The notes below the pieces were generated by a model, which saw only the letters and a list, made by a program, of their open reading frames with translations, did not search any database and had not been told where the DNA came from. From Lachnospiraceae bacterium (GTDB lineage Bacteria > Bacillota > Clostridia > Lachnospirales > Lachnospiraceae), in the NCBI GenBank assembly GCA_902363555.1, contig CABJAM010000006.1:370432-402431 (forward strand): a stretch of 32,000 bases of DNA, read 5' to 3'. Below, piece after piece: positions 14,977-24,371 of this stretch (within the stretch, counting starts at the first letter, position 1; the number at the start of each line of letters is the position of its first letter). The position numbers and the translations under genes were made by a program.

Positions 14977-15174
14977 ATGAAAGAAGAACGCTACCATCTG
15001 GCTATGGATAAGTATGATAAGAACATTATGCTCAACGCACTGAACACGCTGCGTACCGAGCAGGTACGGGAGGAACGCCCCACCGACCCCGTTGACGAGT
15101 TGATTATCAGAGTATCCAAAGCCCCGACCAGAAAAGTAAAAGTCGCCCCGTGCAGGTGCAATGAGGAACGATGA
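14977..15174 (+). CDS. Small hypothetical protein (65 aa) preceding TraG
   Basis: AGGAGG lies 9 nt upstream of the ATG at 14977. Sequence begins MKEERYHLAMDKYDKNIMLNALNTLRTEQV... It overlaps the TraG start. Confidence 0.5.
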   Translation: MKEERYHLAMDKYDKNIMLNALNTLRTEQVREERPTDPVDELIIRVSKAPTRKVKVAPCRCNEER

Positions 15175-16951
15175 GAACAGGACGAGCCTAATCCTTGCCG
15201 TATGCGGCATCGTGCCTGTCGTGTGGCTTGCCCTGCTGACAGCACCTTATGTCAGCGGCGGCATCGTGGAGATAATCGGCGGTCTATCCGCAGCAATCAA
15301 TCAGCCGTTTTCCATAACGGTGTGTGAGGACAGTTTAAGGACTGTCCTTATTTTTTTGCTTGCCTACGCTATGGGCATCGGCATTTATCTCTCCACACGC
15401 AGGAACTACCGCAGGCGGGAGGAACACGGCTCTGCCAAATGGGGCAACGCAGATACGCTCAATAAAAAGTACCGAGAGAAAGACCCGACCCAGAATAAGC
15501 TCTTGACCCAGAATGTCCGTATCGGGCTGGACGGCAGGAAGCACCGCCGAAACCTAAACATCTTGGTATGCGGCGGCAGCGGGGCGGGAAAAACACGCTT
15601 CTTCTGTAAGCCCAACGCCATGCAGTGCAACACCTCAATGGTAATCTTAGACCCAAAGGGAGAAATCGTCCGTGATGTGGGCGGTCTTTTGGAGAAGAAG
15701 GGCTATGAAGTGCGTGTGCTTGACCTTATCAATATGCACAAGAGCCATTGCTACAATCCTTTTGTCTATCTTCGGAACGATAATGATGTGCAGCGGCTTG
15801 TAACCAATCTATTCAAAGCCACCACGCCGAAAGGAAGCCAGTCCCAAGACCCGTTCTGGGACACGGCGGCGAGTATGCTGCTCCTGTCCTTGGTGTTCTA
15901 TCTGAAATACGAAGCACCGCCAGACGAGCAGAATTTCCCGATGGTGATGGAGCTGCTCCGTGCAGGCGAGGTACGGGAGGACGACGACAGCTATGTAAGC
16001 CCGTTAGACGAACTGTTTGACCGTCTGGAGATGGTAAACCCAGAGCATATCGCCCTCAAGTATTACCGTGATTACCACTCTGGCTCTGCCAAGACCCTAA
16101 AGAGCATCCAGATAACCCTTGCCGCACGGCTTGAAAAATTCAATCTGGAGAGCCTTGCGTCCTTGACCGCAACGGACGAGCTTGATTTACCCTCTCTGGG
16201 GGAAAAGAAAGTCGCCCTGTTTGCCTTGATACCAGACAACGACACGAGCTTTAATTTCCTTGTCAGCATCCTTTATACGCAGCTATTCCAACAGCTTTTC
16301 TACCTTGCCGACCACAAGTACGGCGGGAGCCTGCCCGTCCATTGCCATTTCATTATGGACGAATTTGCGAATGTTTCGCTGCCCGATGACTTTGACAAGA
16401 TTTTGAGTGTCATGCGTTCCAGAGGTGTATCCGTTTCGATTATCCTGCAAAATCTGGCACAGCTCAAAGCCCTCTTTGAAAAGCAATGGGAAAGCATCGT
16501 CGGCAACTGCGATGAATTCCTCTATCTGGGCGGCAACGAGCAGAGTACCCACAAGTATGTGTCGGAGCTTTTGGGCAAGGAAACCATTGACACGAACACC
16601 TATGGGAAAAGCTCTGGACGCAGCGGGAACTATTCCACCAACTACCAGATTTCGGGGCGTGAGCTTTTAACGCCCGATGAAGTGCGTATGCTCGACAACC
16701 GCTACGCACTTCTTTTTGTGCGTGGGGAACGCCCCGTCATGGACTTTAAGTATGACATCTTGAAGCACCCCAATGTAAAACTGACAGCAGACGGAGGACA
16801 GCCGCCTTATATCCACGGCGAGCCGACGCAGGCTGTCGCAACCCTTGTGTTTGACAGCGACATCCCAGAGAACGCCGTGAGCGTGAACGCTGTCAGCACT
16901 TCCTATGAGCTTCTGTCCGAGGAGGACTTGGAAGAACTATTCAATTTATAA
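15161..16951 (+). CDS. traG: Type IV coupling protein, TraG/VirD4 family (596 aa)
   Basis: Two N-terminal TM helices, Walker A GGSGAGKT, and the DEFANV and ILQNLAQL motifs. Confidence 0.9.
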   Translation: MRNDENRTSLILAVCGIVPVVWLALLTAPYVSGGIVEIIGGLSAAINQPFSITVCEDSLRTVLIFLLAYAMGIGIYLSTRRNYRRREEHGSAKWGNADTLNKKYREKDPTQNKLLTQNVRIGLDGRKHRRNLNILVCGGSGAGKTRFFCKPNAMQCNTSMVILDPKGEIVRDVGGLLEKKGYEVRVLDLINMHKSHCYNPFVYLRNDNDVQRLVTNLFKATTPKGSQSQDPFWDTAASMLLLSLVFYLKYEAPPDEQNFPMVMELLRAGEVREDDDSYVSPLDELFDRLEMVNPEHIALKYYRDYHSGSAKTLKSIQITLAARLEKFNLESLASLTATDELDLPSLGEKKVALFALIPDNDTSFNFLVSILYTQLFQQLFYLADHKYGGSLPVHCHFIMDEFANVSLPDDFDKILSVMRSRGVSVSIILQNLAQLKALFEKQWESIVGNCDEFLYLGGNEQSTHKYVSELLGKETIDTNTYGKSSGRSGNYSTNYQISGRELLTPDEVRMLDNRYALLFVRGERPVMDFKYDILKHPNVKLTADGGQPPYIHGEPTQAVATLVFDSDIPENAVSVNAVSTSYELLSEEDLEELFNL

Positions 16952-16964
16952 GGAGGATTTATCT

Positions 16965-17327
16965 ATGCGAATTTTCAACAAAAAGGACACCCAGAAGAAA
17001 GCAACCACGAAGCTGCCCATGACGGGCAAGGTCAGAACGGGCTTCCGCCGCTACTGCGTGGCGGTGCTTGCCCTCACGATGGTGCTTGGCACTTCCATGA
17101 CCGCCTTTGCCGCCAATGACCCCATTCAGGTAGTAAACAACCTGTCGGATTTCATTTTCGGTCTGGTGAGGGCTGTCGGCATGATTATGCTCGGCTTCGG
17201 CATCGTGCAGATTGGCTTGTCGCTGAAATCCCACGACCCTTCCCAGAGGGCGAACGGCTTTCTGACCCTTGCAGGCGGCGTTGTCATTACCTTTGCAAAG
17301 GAGATTCTGACGCTTATCACAGGCTGA
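16965..17327 (+). CDS. Maff2-family membrane protein with signal peptide (120 aa)
   Basis: ORF 16905-17327 trimmed to MRIFNKKD..., with a TAAGGAGG RBS. The signal peptide ends in a TAFAAND cleavage-like site. Two TM helices flank SLKSHDPSQRANG. Confidence 0.75.
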   Translation: MRIFNKKDTQKKATTKLPMTGKVRTGFRRYCVAVLALTMVLGTSMTAFAANDPIQVVNNLSDFIFGLVRAVGMIMLGFGIVQIGLSLKSHDPSQRANGFLTLAGGVVITFAKEILTLITG

Positions 17328-17368
17328 TTAGGAAGCGGCAGACAAAATAACCCAAAGACACAAGGCAG

Positions 17369-17418
17369 GGCTTACGGGGCAGATCCGCTTTGCGGATTGC
17401 CCCATAAGCCGATTTTTA
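17369..17418 (+). terminator. Strong hairpin plus T-run immediately after Maff2 (terminator/attenuator)
   Basis: GGCTTACGGGGCAGATCCGC-ttt-GCGGATTGCCCCATAAGCC forms about 19 bp with internal mismatches, followed by GATTTTT. Confidence 0.6.
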
Positions 17419-17434
17419 ACAAGGAGGTGGTCGA

Positions 17435-18271
17435 ATGTCTGATAACTGGGTAGTACAGAATTTAGAGAACGCCCTAAATACTTGGAATGAGAAGTTAGCC
17501 GAGATATGGCAGCTCATTACCCAATCCCCAGAGAATTTCAAGGGCGGGGCGATATGGAATGTCATCGTGGATATACACGGTGCGGTGCAGGCTATCGGGC
17601 TTGCCCTGCTCGTCCTGTTCTTTGTGGTAGGCGTGATGCGTACCTGCGGCAATTTTGCAGAGGTGAAACGTCCAGAGCAGGCGTTGAAGCTGTTTATCCG
17701 CTTTGCCCTTGCCAAAGGTGCAGTGACCTATGGCTTGGAGCTGATGATGGCTCTGTTTAAGATTGTGCAGGGTATCATATCCACGATTATGAACGCCGCA
17801 GGCTTCGGTGCGGCACAGCAGACGGTACTGCCGCGGGAAATCGTCACGGCGGTTGAGGACTGCGGTTTTTTTGAGAGTATCCCCCTATGGGCAGTCACGC
17901 TCATCGGCGGTCTGTTCATTACGGTACTCTCATTCATTATGATTATGTCGGTGTACGGCAGATTTTTCAAGCTCTACCTTTATACCGCAATCGCCCCTGT
18001 TCCTCTCTCTGCCTTTGCGGGAGAGCCGAGCCAGAGCGTCGGCAAGAGCTTTATCAAAAGCTATTCTGCCGTATGCCTTGAGGGGGCTGTCATCGTGCTT
18101 GCCTGTATTATCTTCTCCCTGTTTGCTTCTTCCCCGCCTGTCGTTAATCCCGATGCGGCGGCGGTCACAATGGTATGGAGCTATATCGGGGAGCTTGTAT
18201 TCAATATGCTCGTCTTAGTCGGTGCAGTCAAGATGGCAGACCGTGTTGTCAGAGAAATGATGGGCTTGTAA
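17435..18271 (+). CDS. TrbL/VirB6-like polytopic conjugal-transfer membrane protein (278 aa)
   Basis: Multiple TM helices, its position after Maff2, and the AAGGAGGTGG RBS. Confidence 0.75.
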   Translation: MSDNWVVQNLENALNTWNEKLAEIWQLITQSPENFKGGAIWNVIVDIHGAVQAIGLALLVLFFVVGVMRTCGNFAEVKRPEQALKLFIRFALAKGAVTYGLELMMALFKIVQGIISTIMNAAGFGAAQQTVLPREIVTAVEDCGFFESIPLWAVTLIGGLFITVLSFIMIMSVYGRFFKLYLYTAIAPVPLSAFAGEPSQSVGKSFIKSYSAVCLEGAVIVLACIIFSLFASSPPVVNPDAAAVTMVWSYIGELVFNMLVLVGAVKMADRVVREMMGL

Positions 18272-18281
18272 AGGAGGAACA

Positions 18282-18491
18282 ATGGAACGGTTTTATATTT
18301 TCAAGGACGGGATGCAGCAAGGCAGCACCGCCACCAAGGAAAGTGCGGTTGACCTTATCCGCCAGTACCAGAAACAGGAAATGCACCCGTTTCTGCGGGC
18401 AGAGTTCAGCATTATCAAGGGGGAGGAAGAATTTATCCCCTACCCGTCCCAGAAGAAAGCACCTAAGAGAAAGAATGAAATGCAACGGTAA
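18282..18491 (+). CDS. Small conserved hypothetical ICE protein (69 aa)
   Basis: AAGGAGG RBS and tight packing between the TrbL-like and PrgI-like genes. Confidence 0.55.
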   Translation: MERFYIFKDGMQQGSTATKESAVDLIRQYQKQEMHPFLRAEFSIIKGEEEFIPYPSQKKAPKRKNEMQR

Positions 18492-18505
18492 GGAGGTGAG
18501 AACGA

Positions 18506-18958
18506 TTGGAAGTCAAGATAAATAAGGAAATCCGCAACTACACGGAGAGTATGTTTTTCGGGCTGTCAATGCGGCAGTTCATTTTTTCTGTCCTTGCCTG
18601 CGGCGTGGCGGTGGGCTTGTATTTCCTGCTCCGCCCGCAGTTCGGCACGGAAACCCTAAGCTGGATGTGTATTCTGGGGGCTTCCCCCTTTGCCATGATG
18701 GGCTTTATCAAGTACAACGGCATGACGGCGGAGCAGTTCGTCTGGGCGTGGATAAAATCAGAGTTCTTAATGCCAAAGAAGATTTTGTTTTCCCCAGACA
18801 ATCTCTACTATGAAGCGTTGAAACCCAACATCGAAGCGAGGGAAAAAGGCTTGCCCGCCCCGACCAAAAAGCAGAAGCGGCAGGCAGGAAAGCCAGAGAA
18901 AAAGAAAGCAAAGAAATCAAAAAAGCGTAAGGAGGTAAGCCATGATAAAGACGCTTAG
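18506..18958 (+). CDS. PrgI-like (VirB3-like) membrane protein (150 aa)
   Basis: TTG start with AGGAGG 9 nt upstream. EIRNYTESMFFGLSMRQFIFSVLACGVAVGLYFLL is followed by a second TM helix. Its 3' end overlaps the VirB4 start. Confidence 0.7.
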   Translation: MEVKINKEIRNYTESMFFGLSMRQFIFSVLACGVAVGLYFLLRPQFGTETLSWMCILGASPFAMMGFIKYNGMTAEQFVWAWIKSEFLMPKKILFSPDNLYYEALKPNIEAREKGLPAPTKKQKRQAGKPEKKKAKKSKKRKEVSHDKDA

Positions 18959-21275
18959 AAACCTGTTCAAGCAGGACAAGGAAAAATTTATCGTGCCGAA
19001 ATCGGTGCAGGCGGTCATCCCGCTGAAAACCATGTGGGAGGACGGTATTTTTCTTGTCGGGAAGAACAAATATGCAAAGACCTTTCAGTTTGAGGACATC
19101 AACTATGCCGTGGCGAGCCGTGAGGACAAGGAAGCCATGTTCCTTGAATACTCGGAGCTTCTTAATGCCCTCGACAGCGGGGCGACCACGAAAATCACCA
19201 TCAACAACCGCCGCTTGAACAAGGCGGATTTTGAGCAGACCATCCTTATTCCTATGGCTGAGGACGGTCTGGATAAGTACCGCAAGGAATACAACAGGAT
19301 GCTGCTTGATAAGGCGACGGGGGCTAACTCCATCGTGCAGGATAAGTATGTGACAATCTCCGTCTGCAAGAAGAACATCGAGGAAGCGAGGAATTATTTT
19401 GCCCGTGTGGGTGCTGACCTTATCGGGCATTTCAACCGTCTTGGCTCAAAGTGTACGGAGCTTGATGCTAATGACAAGCTGCGTATCTTCCATGACTTCT
19501 ACCGCACAGGCGAGGAAACGGCGTTTTCCTTCGACCTCTCCCAGACCATGCGGAAAGGTCACGACTTCAAGGACTATATCTGCCCCGACTCCTTTGAGTT
19601 TGAAAAAGATTATTTCAAGATGGGCAATCGGTACGGGCGTGTGATTTTCCTGCGTGAATATGCCGCCTATATCAAGGACAGCATGGTGGCGGAGCTTTGC
19701 GAATTAAACCGTAACATGATGCTCTCCGTGGATGTCGTACCCGTTCCCACGGACGAAGCCGTGCGGGAGGTGGAAAACCGTCTTTTGGGTGTGGAAACCA
19801 ATATCACCAACTGGCAGAGGAAACAGAACCAGAACAACAACTTTTCCGCCGTTATCCCTTATGACTTAGAGCAGCAGCGAAAGGAAAGCAAGGAGTTCCT
19901 CGACGATTTGACGACCCGTGACCAGAGGATGATGTTTGCCATCCTCACGATGGTGCATACGGCTGATACCAAAGAGCAGCTCGACAACGACACGGAAGCC
20001 CTGCTCACAACAGCAAGAAAGCATCTCTGCCAGTTTGCCGTGCTGAAATATCAGCAGATGGACGGTCTGAATACCGCCCTGCCGTTCGGCGTGAGGAAGA
20101 TTGATGCCCTGCGTACCCTCACCACGGAGAGCCTTGCGGTGTTTATCCCGTTCCGTGTGCAGGAAATCTACCATAAGGACGGTGTGTATTACGGACAGAA
20201 TGTTATCAGCAAAAATATGATTGTCGCCAACCGCCGCCACCTTTTGAACGGCAATTCCTTTATCCTCGGCGTGTCTGGTGCGGGCAAGTCCTTTACGGCG
20301 AAAGAGGAAATGACGAGCATCGTCCTCACCGACCCTAACGCCGATGTGATTATTATAGACCCAGAGCGAGAGTATTCGCCTTTGGTAAAGGCAATGCAGG
20401 GCGAGGTCATTCACATTTCTGCAACAAGCGAAAACCACATCAACGCTATGGATATGAACTCTGATTACGGCGACGGTGCAAACCCCGTCATCTTAAAATC
20501 AGAGTTCATTTTGTCTTTGTGCGAGCAGCTCATCGGCGGGGCAAGCCTTGGGGCAAAGCAGAAATCCATCATAGACCGCTGTACGGCGAGCGTGTACCGC
20601 TACTATCAGCAGGGCAACTATATGGGGACACCGCCGACCTTGCAGGACTTCCGTGAGGAACTTCTGAAACAGAATGAGCCAGAAGCACAGGAAATCGCTC
20701 TTGCCATTGAGCTTTTCACGGACGGCTCTCTCAACACCTTTGCCAAGCACACAAATGTGGATACCAAGAGCCGCCTTATCTGCTATGACATTCTGGATTT
20801 GGGCAAGCAGTTACAGCCTATCGGTATGCTTGTGGTGCTTGACAGCATCCTAAACCGCATTACCCAGAACAGGGCAAAAGGCAGGAACACCTTTATTTTC
20901 ATTGACGAGATTTACCTGCTCTTTCAGCATGAATACTCGGCAAACTTCCTCTTTACCCTCTGGAAGCGTGTGCGTAAGTACGGGGCGTACTGTACTGGCA
21001 TTACCCAGAATGTGGACGACCTGTTACAGAGCCATACGGCAAGGACAATGCTTGCAAACTCCGAGTTTATCATCATGTTAAACCAAGCGTCCACAGACAG
21101 GATTGAACTTGCCAAGCTCCTTAACATCTCCGACTTGCAGATGAGCTATATCACCAATGTGGGTGCAGGTCAGGGGTTACTCAAAGTGGGCAGCTCCCTC
21201 GTGCCGTTCGTTAATAAGTTCCCACGCAATACGGAGCTTTACAAGCTGATGACGACCAAATTTGGGGAGTGTTAA
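18942..21275 (+). CDS. virB4: VirB4-family conjugal-transfer ATPase (777 aa)
   Basis: Walker A GVSGAGKSF and Walker B-like FIFIDEIYLLF. Size and position are typical of Gram-positive T4SS VirB4/TraE proteins. Confidence 0.9.
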   Translation: MIKTLRNLFKQDKEKFIVPKSVQAVIPLKTMWEDGIFLVGKNKYAKTFQFEDINYAVASREDKEAMFLEYSELLNALDSGATTKITINNRRLNKADFEQTILIPMAEDGLDKYRKEYNRMLLDKATGANSIVQDKYVTISVCKKNIEEARNYFARVGADLIGHFNRLGSKCTELDANDKLRIFHDFYRTGEETAFSFDLSQTMRKGHDFKDYICPDSFEFEKDYFKMGNRYGRVIFLREYAAYIKDSMVAELCELNRNMMLSVDVVPVPTDEAVREVENRLLGVETNITNWQRKQNQNNNFSAVIPYDLEQQRKESKEFLDDLTTRDQRMMFAILTMVHTADTKEQLDNDTEALLTTARKHLCQFAVLKYQQMDGLNTALPFGVRKIDALRTLTTESLAVFIPFRVQEIYHKDGVYYGQNVISKNMIVANRRHLLNGNSFILGVSGAGKSFTAKEEMTSIVLTDPNADVIIIDPEREYSPLVKAMQGEVIHISATSENHINAMDMNSDYGDGANPVILKSEFILSLCEQLIGGASLGAKQKSIIDRCTASVYRYYQQGNYMGTPPTLQDFREELLKQNEPEAQEIALAIELFTDGSLNTFAKHTNVDTKSRLICYDILDLGKQLQPIGMLVVLDSILNRITQNRAKGRNTFIFIDEIYLLFQHEYSANFLFTLWKRVRKYGAYCTGITQNVDDLLQSHTARTMLANSEFIIMLNQASTDRIELAKLLNISDLQMSYITNVGAGQGLLKVGSSLVPFVNKFPRNTELYKLMTTKFGEC

Positions 21276-21291
21276 GAATGGAGGGATTTTT

Positions 21292-21696
21292 ATGTCAGAG
21301 ATAAGGTTTCGTAATAAAGCCCACCGTGATTTCTTTCTGGAAAATATGATGAAATGCAGGGTAAACGACTGCTACCACAGGGCGTTTTTCTATGTGATGG
21401 GGATTGCGGAGGAAACAAGGAACAACATCAATGCCATGTTTGATTTTAAGACGGACTGCATTGAGCCAGAGGGGATGCACGGCGGATGGCAGACAAGCGG
21501 CACGGTCAAGGTCTGCCACCTTGCTTTTAACCTCTGGAACGGTTACGCAGAGGACGGGCGTGAGAGGTATTTCACCCCAGAGGAATTGTTCTGCTGCGAA
21601 TTTGCCCCCTACTTTATGGAGGGCATCAAGGTGAGGTATCCCGAATATTGCAGGGATTTACCCACACCCAAGCAGCACACCGATAATGTAAGGTAA
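21292..21696 (+). CDS. Conserved hypothetical ICE protein (134 aa)
   Basis: ORF 21262-21696 trimmed to MSEIRFRNKAHRDFFLENMMKC..., with GGAGGG upstream. Confidence 0.55.
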   Translation: MSEIRFRNKAHRDFFLENMMKCRVNDCYHRAFFYVMGIAEETRNNINAMFDFKTDCIEPEGMHGGWQTSGTVKVCHLAFNLWNGYAEDGRERYFTPEELFCCEFAPYFMEGIKVRYPEYCRDLPTPKQHTDNVR

Positions 21697-21720
21697 ACCA
21701 AGAAAGGAAAAGAAAAGCCT

Positions 21721-22506
21721 ATGAAAGAATATCTGAAAAAATATCAGTCTGTTATCTGCATCGTTGCCGCCGTCTGCCTTTTAGGTGCGGCGGCTTTTTG
21801 CGGCTGGCATATCTGCCGCCATTATGCACAGGTGGATGAGCAGACCGAAGCCTTTGCGGAGATTGCCGAGGTCGTGGAGAACGCCCCTGCGGAGGAAGAA
21901 ACGCCAGAGGATACGCCCGTCAGCGAGGGCGAGGACATTCTGGCAAAATATAAGGAACTGTATTTGCAGAATGAGGATATGGCAGGTTGGATTTCCATTG
22001 ACGGAACGACCATCAATTACCCTGTCATGCAGACGAAGAACAACCCGAATTTCTATCTGAAGCACAACTTTGAAAAGGAATACAGCGATTTGGGAGTGCC
22101 GTATATCCAAGAGGACTGCGACCTTGCCACAAGCGACAATCTGATTATTTACGGACACCACATCAAAGGTCAAAAGATGTTTGGGGCGTTGGAGGATTAC
22201 AAATCCGAGAGCTTTTATGAAAAGCACAAGACCATCCAGTTTGACACTCTCACGGAGCAGGCGGAATATGAAATCATCGCCGTGTTTAAGACCGTGGCGT
22301 ATAGTGCGGAGGGCTACCGCTATTATGATTTTGTGGATGCGGAGAATGAGGAAGAATTTAACGCCTATGTCGGGAAGTGTAAGGAACTTGCATTGTATGA
22401 TACGGGCGTGACCGCCGAGTACGGCGACAGGCTCATTACCCTCTCCACCTGCGAATACTCCGCACAGAACGGCAGGCTTGTCGTGGTGGCGAAAAAGGTA
22501 AATTGA
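21721..22506 (+). CDS. srtB: Class B sortase (261 aa)
   Basis: N-terminal TM anchor, catalytic His context LIIYGHH, the TLSTC active-site motif, and the sortase B-like segment INYPVMQTKNNPNFYLKHNF. Confidence 0.8.
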   Translation: MKEYLKKYQSVICIVAAVCLLGAAAFCGWHICRHYAQVDEQTEAFAEIAEVVENAPAEEETPEDTPVSEGEDILAKYKELYLQNEDMAGWISIDGTTINYPVMQTKNNPNFYLKHNFEKEYSDLGVPYIQEDCDLATSDNLIIYGHHIKGQKMFGALEDYKSESFYEKHKTIQFDTLTEQAEYEIIAVFKTVAYSAEGYRYYDFVDAENEEEFNAYVGKCKELALYDTGVTAEYGDRLITLSTCEYSAQNGRLVVVAKKVN

Positions 22507-22541
22507 AATGACCGCAAATCCTCTGGGAAAGGAGGTTTTGC

Positions 22542-24326
22542 ATGGCTGATATAAAGACCAGAGATGCGGTCAAGGGTACAATAAAGACCATAGACAAAGC
22601 CGCCATAGCCAGTGAGCGTATGAAATCCGCTTATGCCAAAACAAAGGACAAGGCGGAACAGGGATATTATGCGGAGGAAAACTCTGCCACCGAGTATGCG
22701 GCAGATAAAATCTCCCATACCGCAGACCGTGTAAAGGACGAGGGCATCCACCAATTCAATAAGCAGGGGCAGAAATCCGTCCAGACCACGAAAGAAAATA
22801 TCATCAAGGCAAAGGATAAAGTTGCCGAGTTTAAGACCAAACGGGCGGTGAAAGCCGCTGAGCAGAAAAAAGCACAGGCTGCTGCAGAACGGAACGGCTC
22901 ACAGATCCGCCACGGAACTGTGAGCCGTTCTCCTGCCCCCGATGCTCCCGCAAATGGGAAAAGCCAGTTGATAAAGACCCGTCAGCAGGGGAAAAAGACC
23001 ATCAAGACCACCGCCAAAAATGCGGAAAAGACCGTGAAATCTACGGCAAAAGGCACGGTCAAGGCAGCGGAAAAAGGCGTAAAGACCGCACAGGCAACCT
23101 CTAAGACGGCGATTAAGACCACCGAGCAGACCGTCAAGGCGGCACAGAAAACGGCGAAAGCGTCTGCCAAAGCCGCCCAGAAAGCGGCACAGGCAGCGAA
23201 AGCCACCGCAAAGGCGACAGTCGAAGCGACAAAAGCGACAGTCAAGGCTACCATTGCCGCAGTCAAGGCGATTATCGCAGGCACAAAGGCATTGGTTTCC
23301 GCCCTAATCGCAGGTGGCTGGATTGCCGTCGTGATTATCTTGATTGTTGTCCTGCTCGGATGTGCCGTGTCTTTGTTTGGGGGTGGAAGCGAAAGCACTT
23401 CCTATACCCCCGTCAGTGCGGAGGTGGAAGCCTACACGCCGTTGATACAGAAGTATGCGAAGCAGTACGGCATCCCCGAATATGTGGAGCTTATCAAGGC
23501 GGTGATGATGCAGGAAAGCGGCGGGCGTGGGCTTGACCCCATGCAGGCGGCGGAGGGCAGCTTTAACACAAGGTATCCCCATGAGCCGAACGGGATACAA
23601 GACCCAGAGTATTCCATCCAATGCGGCGTGCAGGAGCTGAAAGCCGCCCTTATCTCTGCCGGGGTGGAAAACCCGATTGACATGGAGCGTATCAAGCTTG
23701 CCTTGCAGGGCTATAACTTCGGCAACGGGTATATCTCATGGGCGAAAACCAACTACGGCGGTTATTCCTACGCCAATGCGGTAGAATTTTCCACCATGCA
23801 GGCACAGCGGTTAGGGTGGGAAAAGTACGGCGACACACAGTACCCCGCCCATGTGTTACGCTATTATCCGTATGGACGGGCGTTCACAAGCGGCGGCAAC
23901 CAAGCCATTGTAGAAGTCGCTTTGACGCAGCTCGGCAATGAGGGCGGTCAGCCTTATTGGAGTTGGTACGGCTTTGATGGGCGTGTGGAATGGTGTGCCT
24001 GCTTCGTGTCGTGGTGTGCCGACCAGTGCGGCTATCTGGAAAGCGGCATTGTGCCGAAATTCTCCCTCTGTTCGGACGGTGTGGATTGGTTTAATGGAAA
24101 CGGGCAATGGCAGGGAAAGGATTATGAGCCGAAAGCAGGCGACATTATCTTTTTCGACTGGAGCAACGACGGGCAGGACGGAGACGCTGACCATGTGGGT
24201 ATCGTGGAGAAATGTGAAAACGGCGTTGTTTATACCGTGGAGGGCAACTCTGGTGATGCCTGCCGACAGAACAGTTATCCCATAGGGTATTATGAAATCC
24301 TCGGCTATGGCTGTCCGAGCTATTAG
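22542..24326 (+). CDS. Cell-wall hydrolase with a lysozyme-like/transglycosylase domain plus a C-terminal CHAP (NlpC/P60-like) domain (VirB1 analogue, 594 aa)
   Basis: Ala/Lys-rich low-complexity N-terminal part, one TM helix, the VMMQESGGRGLDPMQAAE lytic-transglycosylase-like motif, and a CHAP-like Cys (WCACFVSWC) with His (DHVGIVE). Confidence 0.85.
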   Translation: MADIKTRDAVKGTIKTIDKAAIASERMKSAYAKTKDKAEQGYYAEENSATEYAADKISHTADRVKDEGIHQFNKQGQKSVQTTKENIIKAKDKVAEFKTKRAVKAAEQKKAQAAAERNGSQIRHGTVSRSPAPDAPANGKSQLIKTRQQGKKTIKTTAKNAEKTVKSTAKGTVKAAEKGVKTAQATSKTAIKTTEQTVKAAQKTAKASAKAAQKAAQAAKATAKATVEATKATVKATIAAVKAIIAGTKALVSALIAGGWIAVVIILIVVLLGCAVSLFGGGSESTSYTPVSAEVEAYTPLIQKYAKQYGIPEYVELIKAVMMQESGGRGLDPMQAAEGSFNTRYPHEPNGIQDPEYSIQCGVQELKAALISAGVENPIDMERIKLALQGYNFGNGYISWAKTNYGGYSYANAVEFSTMQAQRLGWEKYGDTQYPAHVLRYYPYGRAFTSGGNQAIVEVALTQLGNEGGQPYWSWYGFDGRVEWCACFVSWCADQCGYLESGIVPKFSLCSDGVDWFNGNGQWQGKDYEPKAGDIIFFDWSNDGQDGDADHVGIVEKCENGVVYTVEGNSGDACRQNSYPIGYYEILGYGCPSY

Positions 24327-24343
24327 AAAAAGGGCGAAAGAAA

Positions 24344-24371
24344 ACCAGAGGTTTATTCCTCTGGCTCTTTT
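24344..24371 (+). terminator. Terminator after the hydrolase gene. It overlaps the 3' end of the convergent XRE gene.
   Basis: CCAGAGG-tttatt-CCTCTGG followed by CTCTTTTG. Confidence 0.5.

Noticed and set aside
14305-15210. 301-aa minus-strand ORF
   Set aside because: It lies antisense to the tightly packed ArdC-like, small-ORF and TraG genes. Such shadow ORFs are typical of GC-rich coding DNA. It has no RBS or family features.
18708-20438. Minus-strand ORFs 18708-19430 (240 aa) and 19866-20438 (190 aa)
   Set aside because: Both lie antisense within the VirB4 ATPase gene, which has clear Walker motifs. They are shadow ORFs.
22980-23300. Repetitive Ala/Lys/Thr-rich region of the hydrolase gene as a DGR variable region or mobile repeat
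   Set aside because: It is a low-complexity coding region (KTAK/KAT motifs) leading into the TM helix. No template-repeat copy or reverse transcriptase is present in the window.
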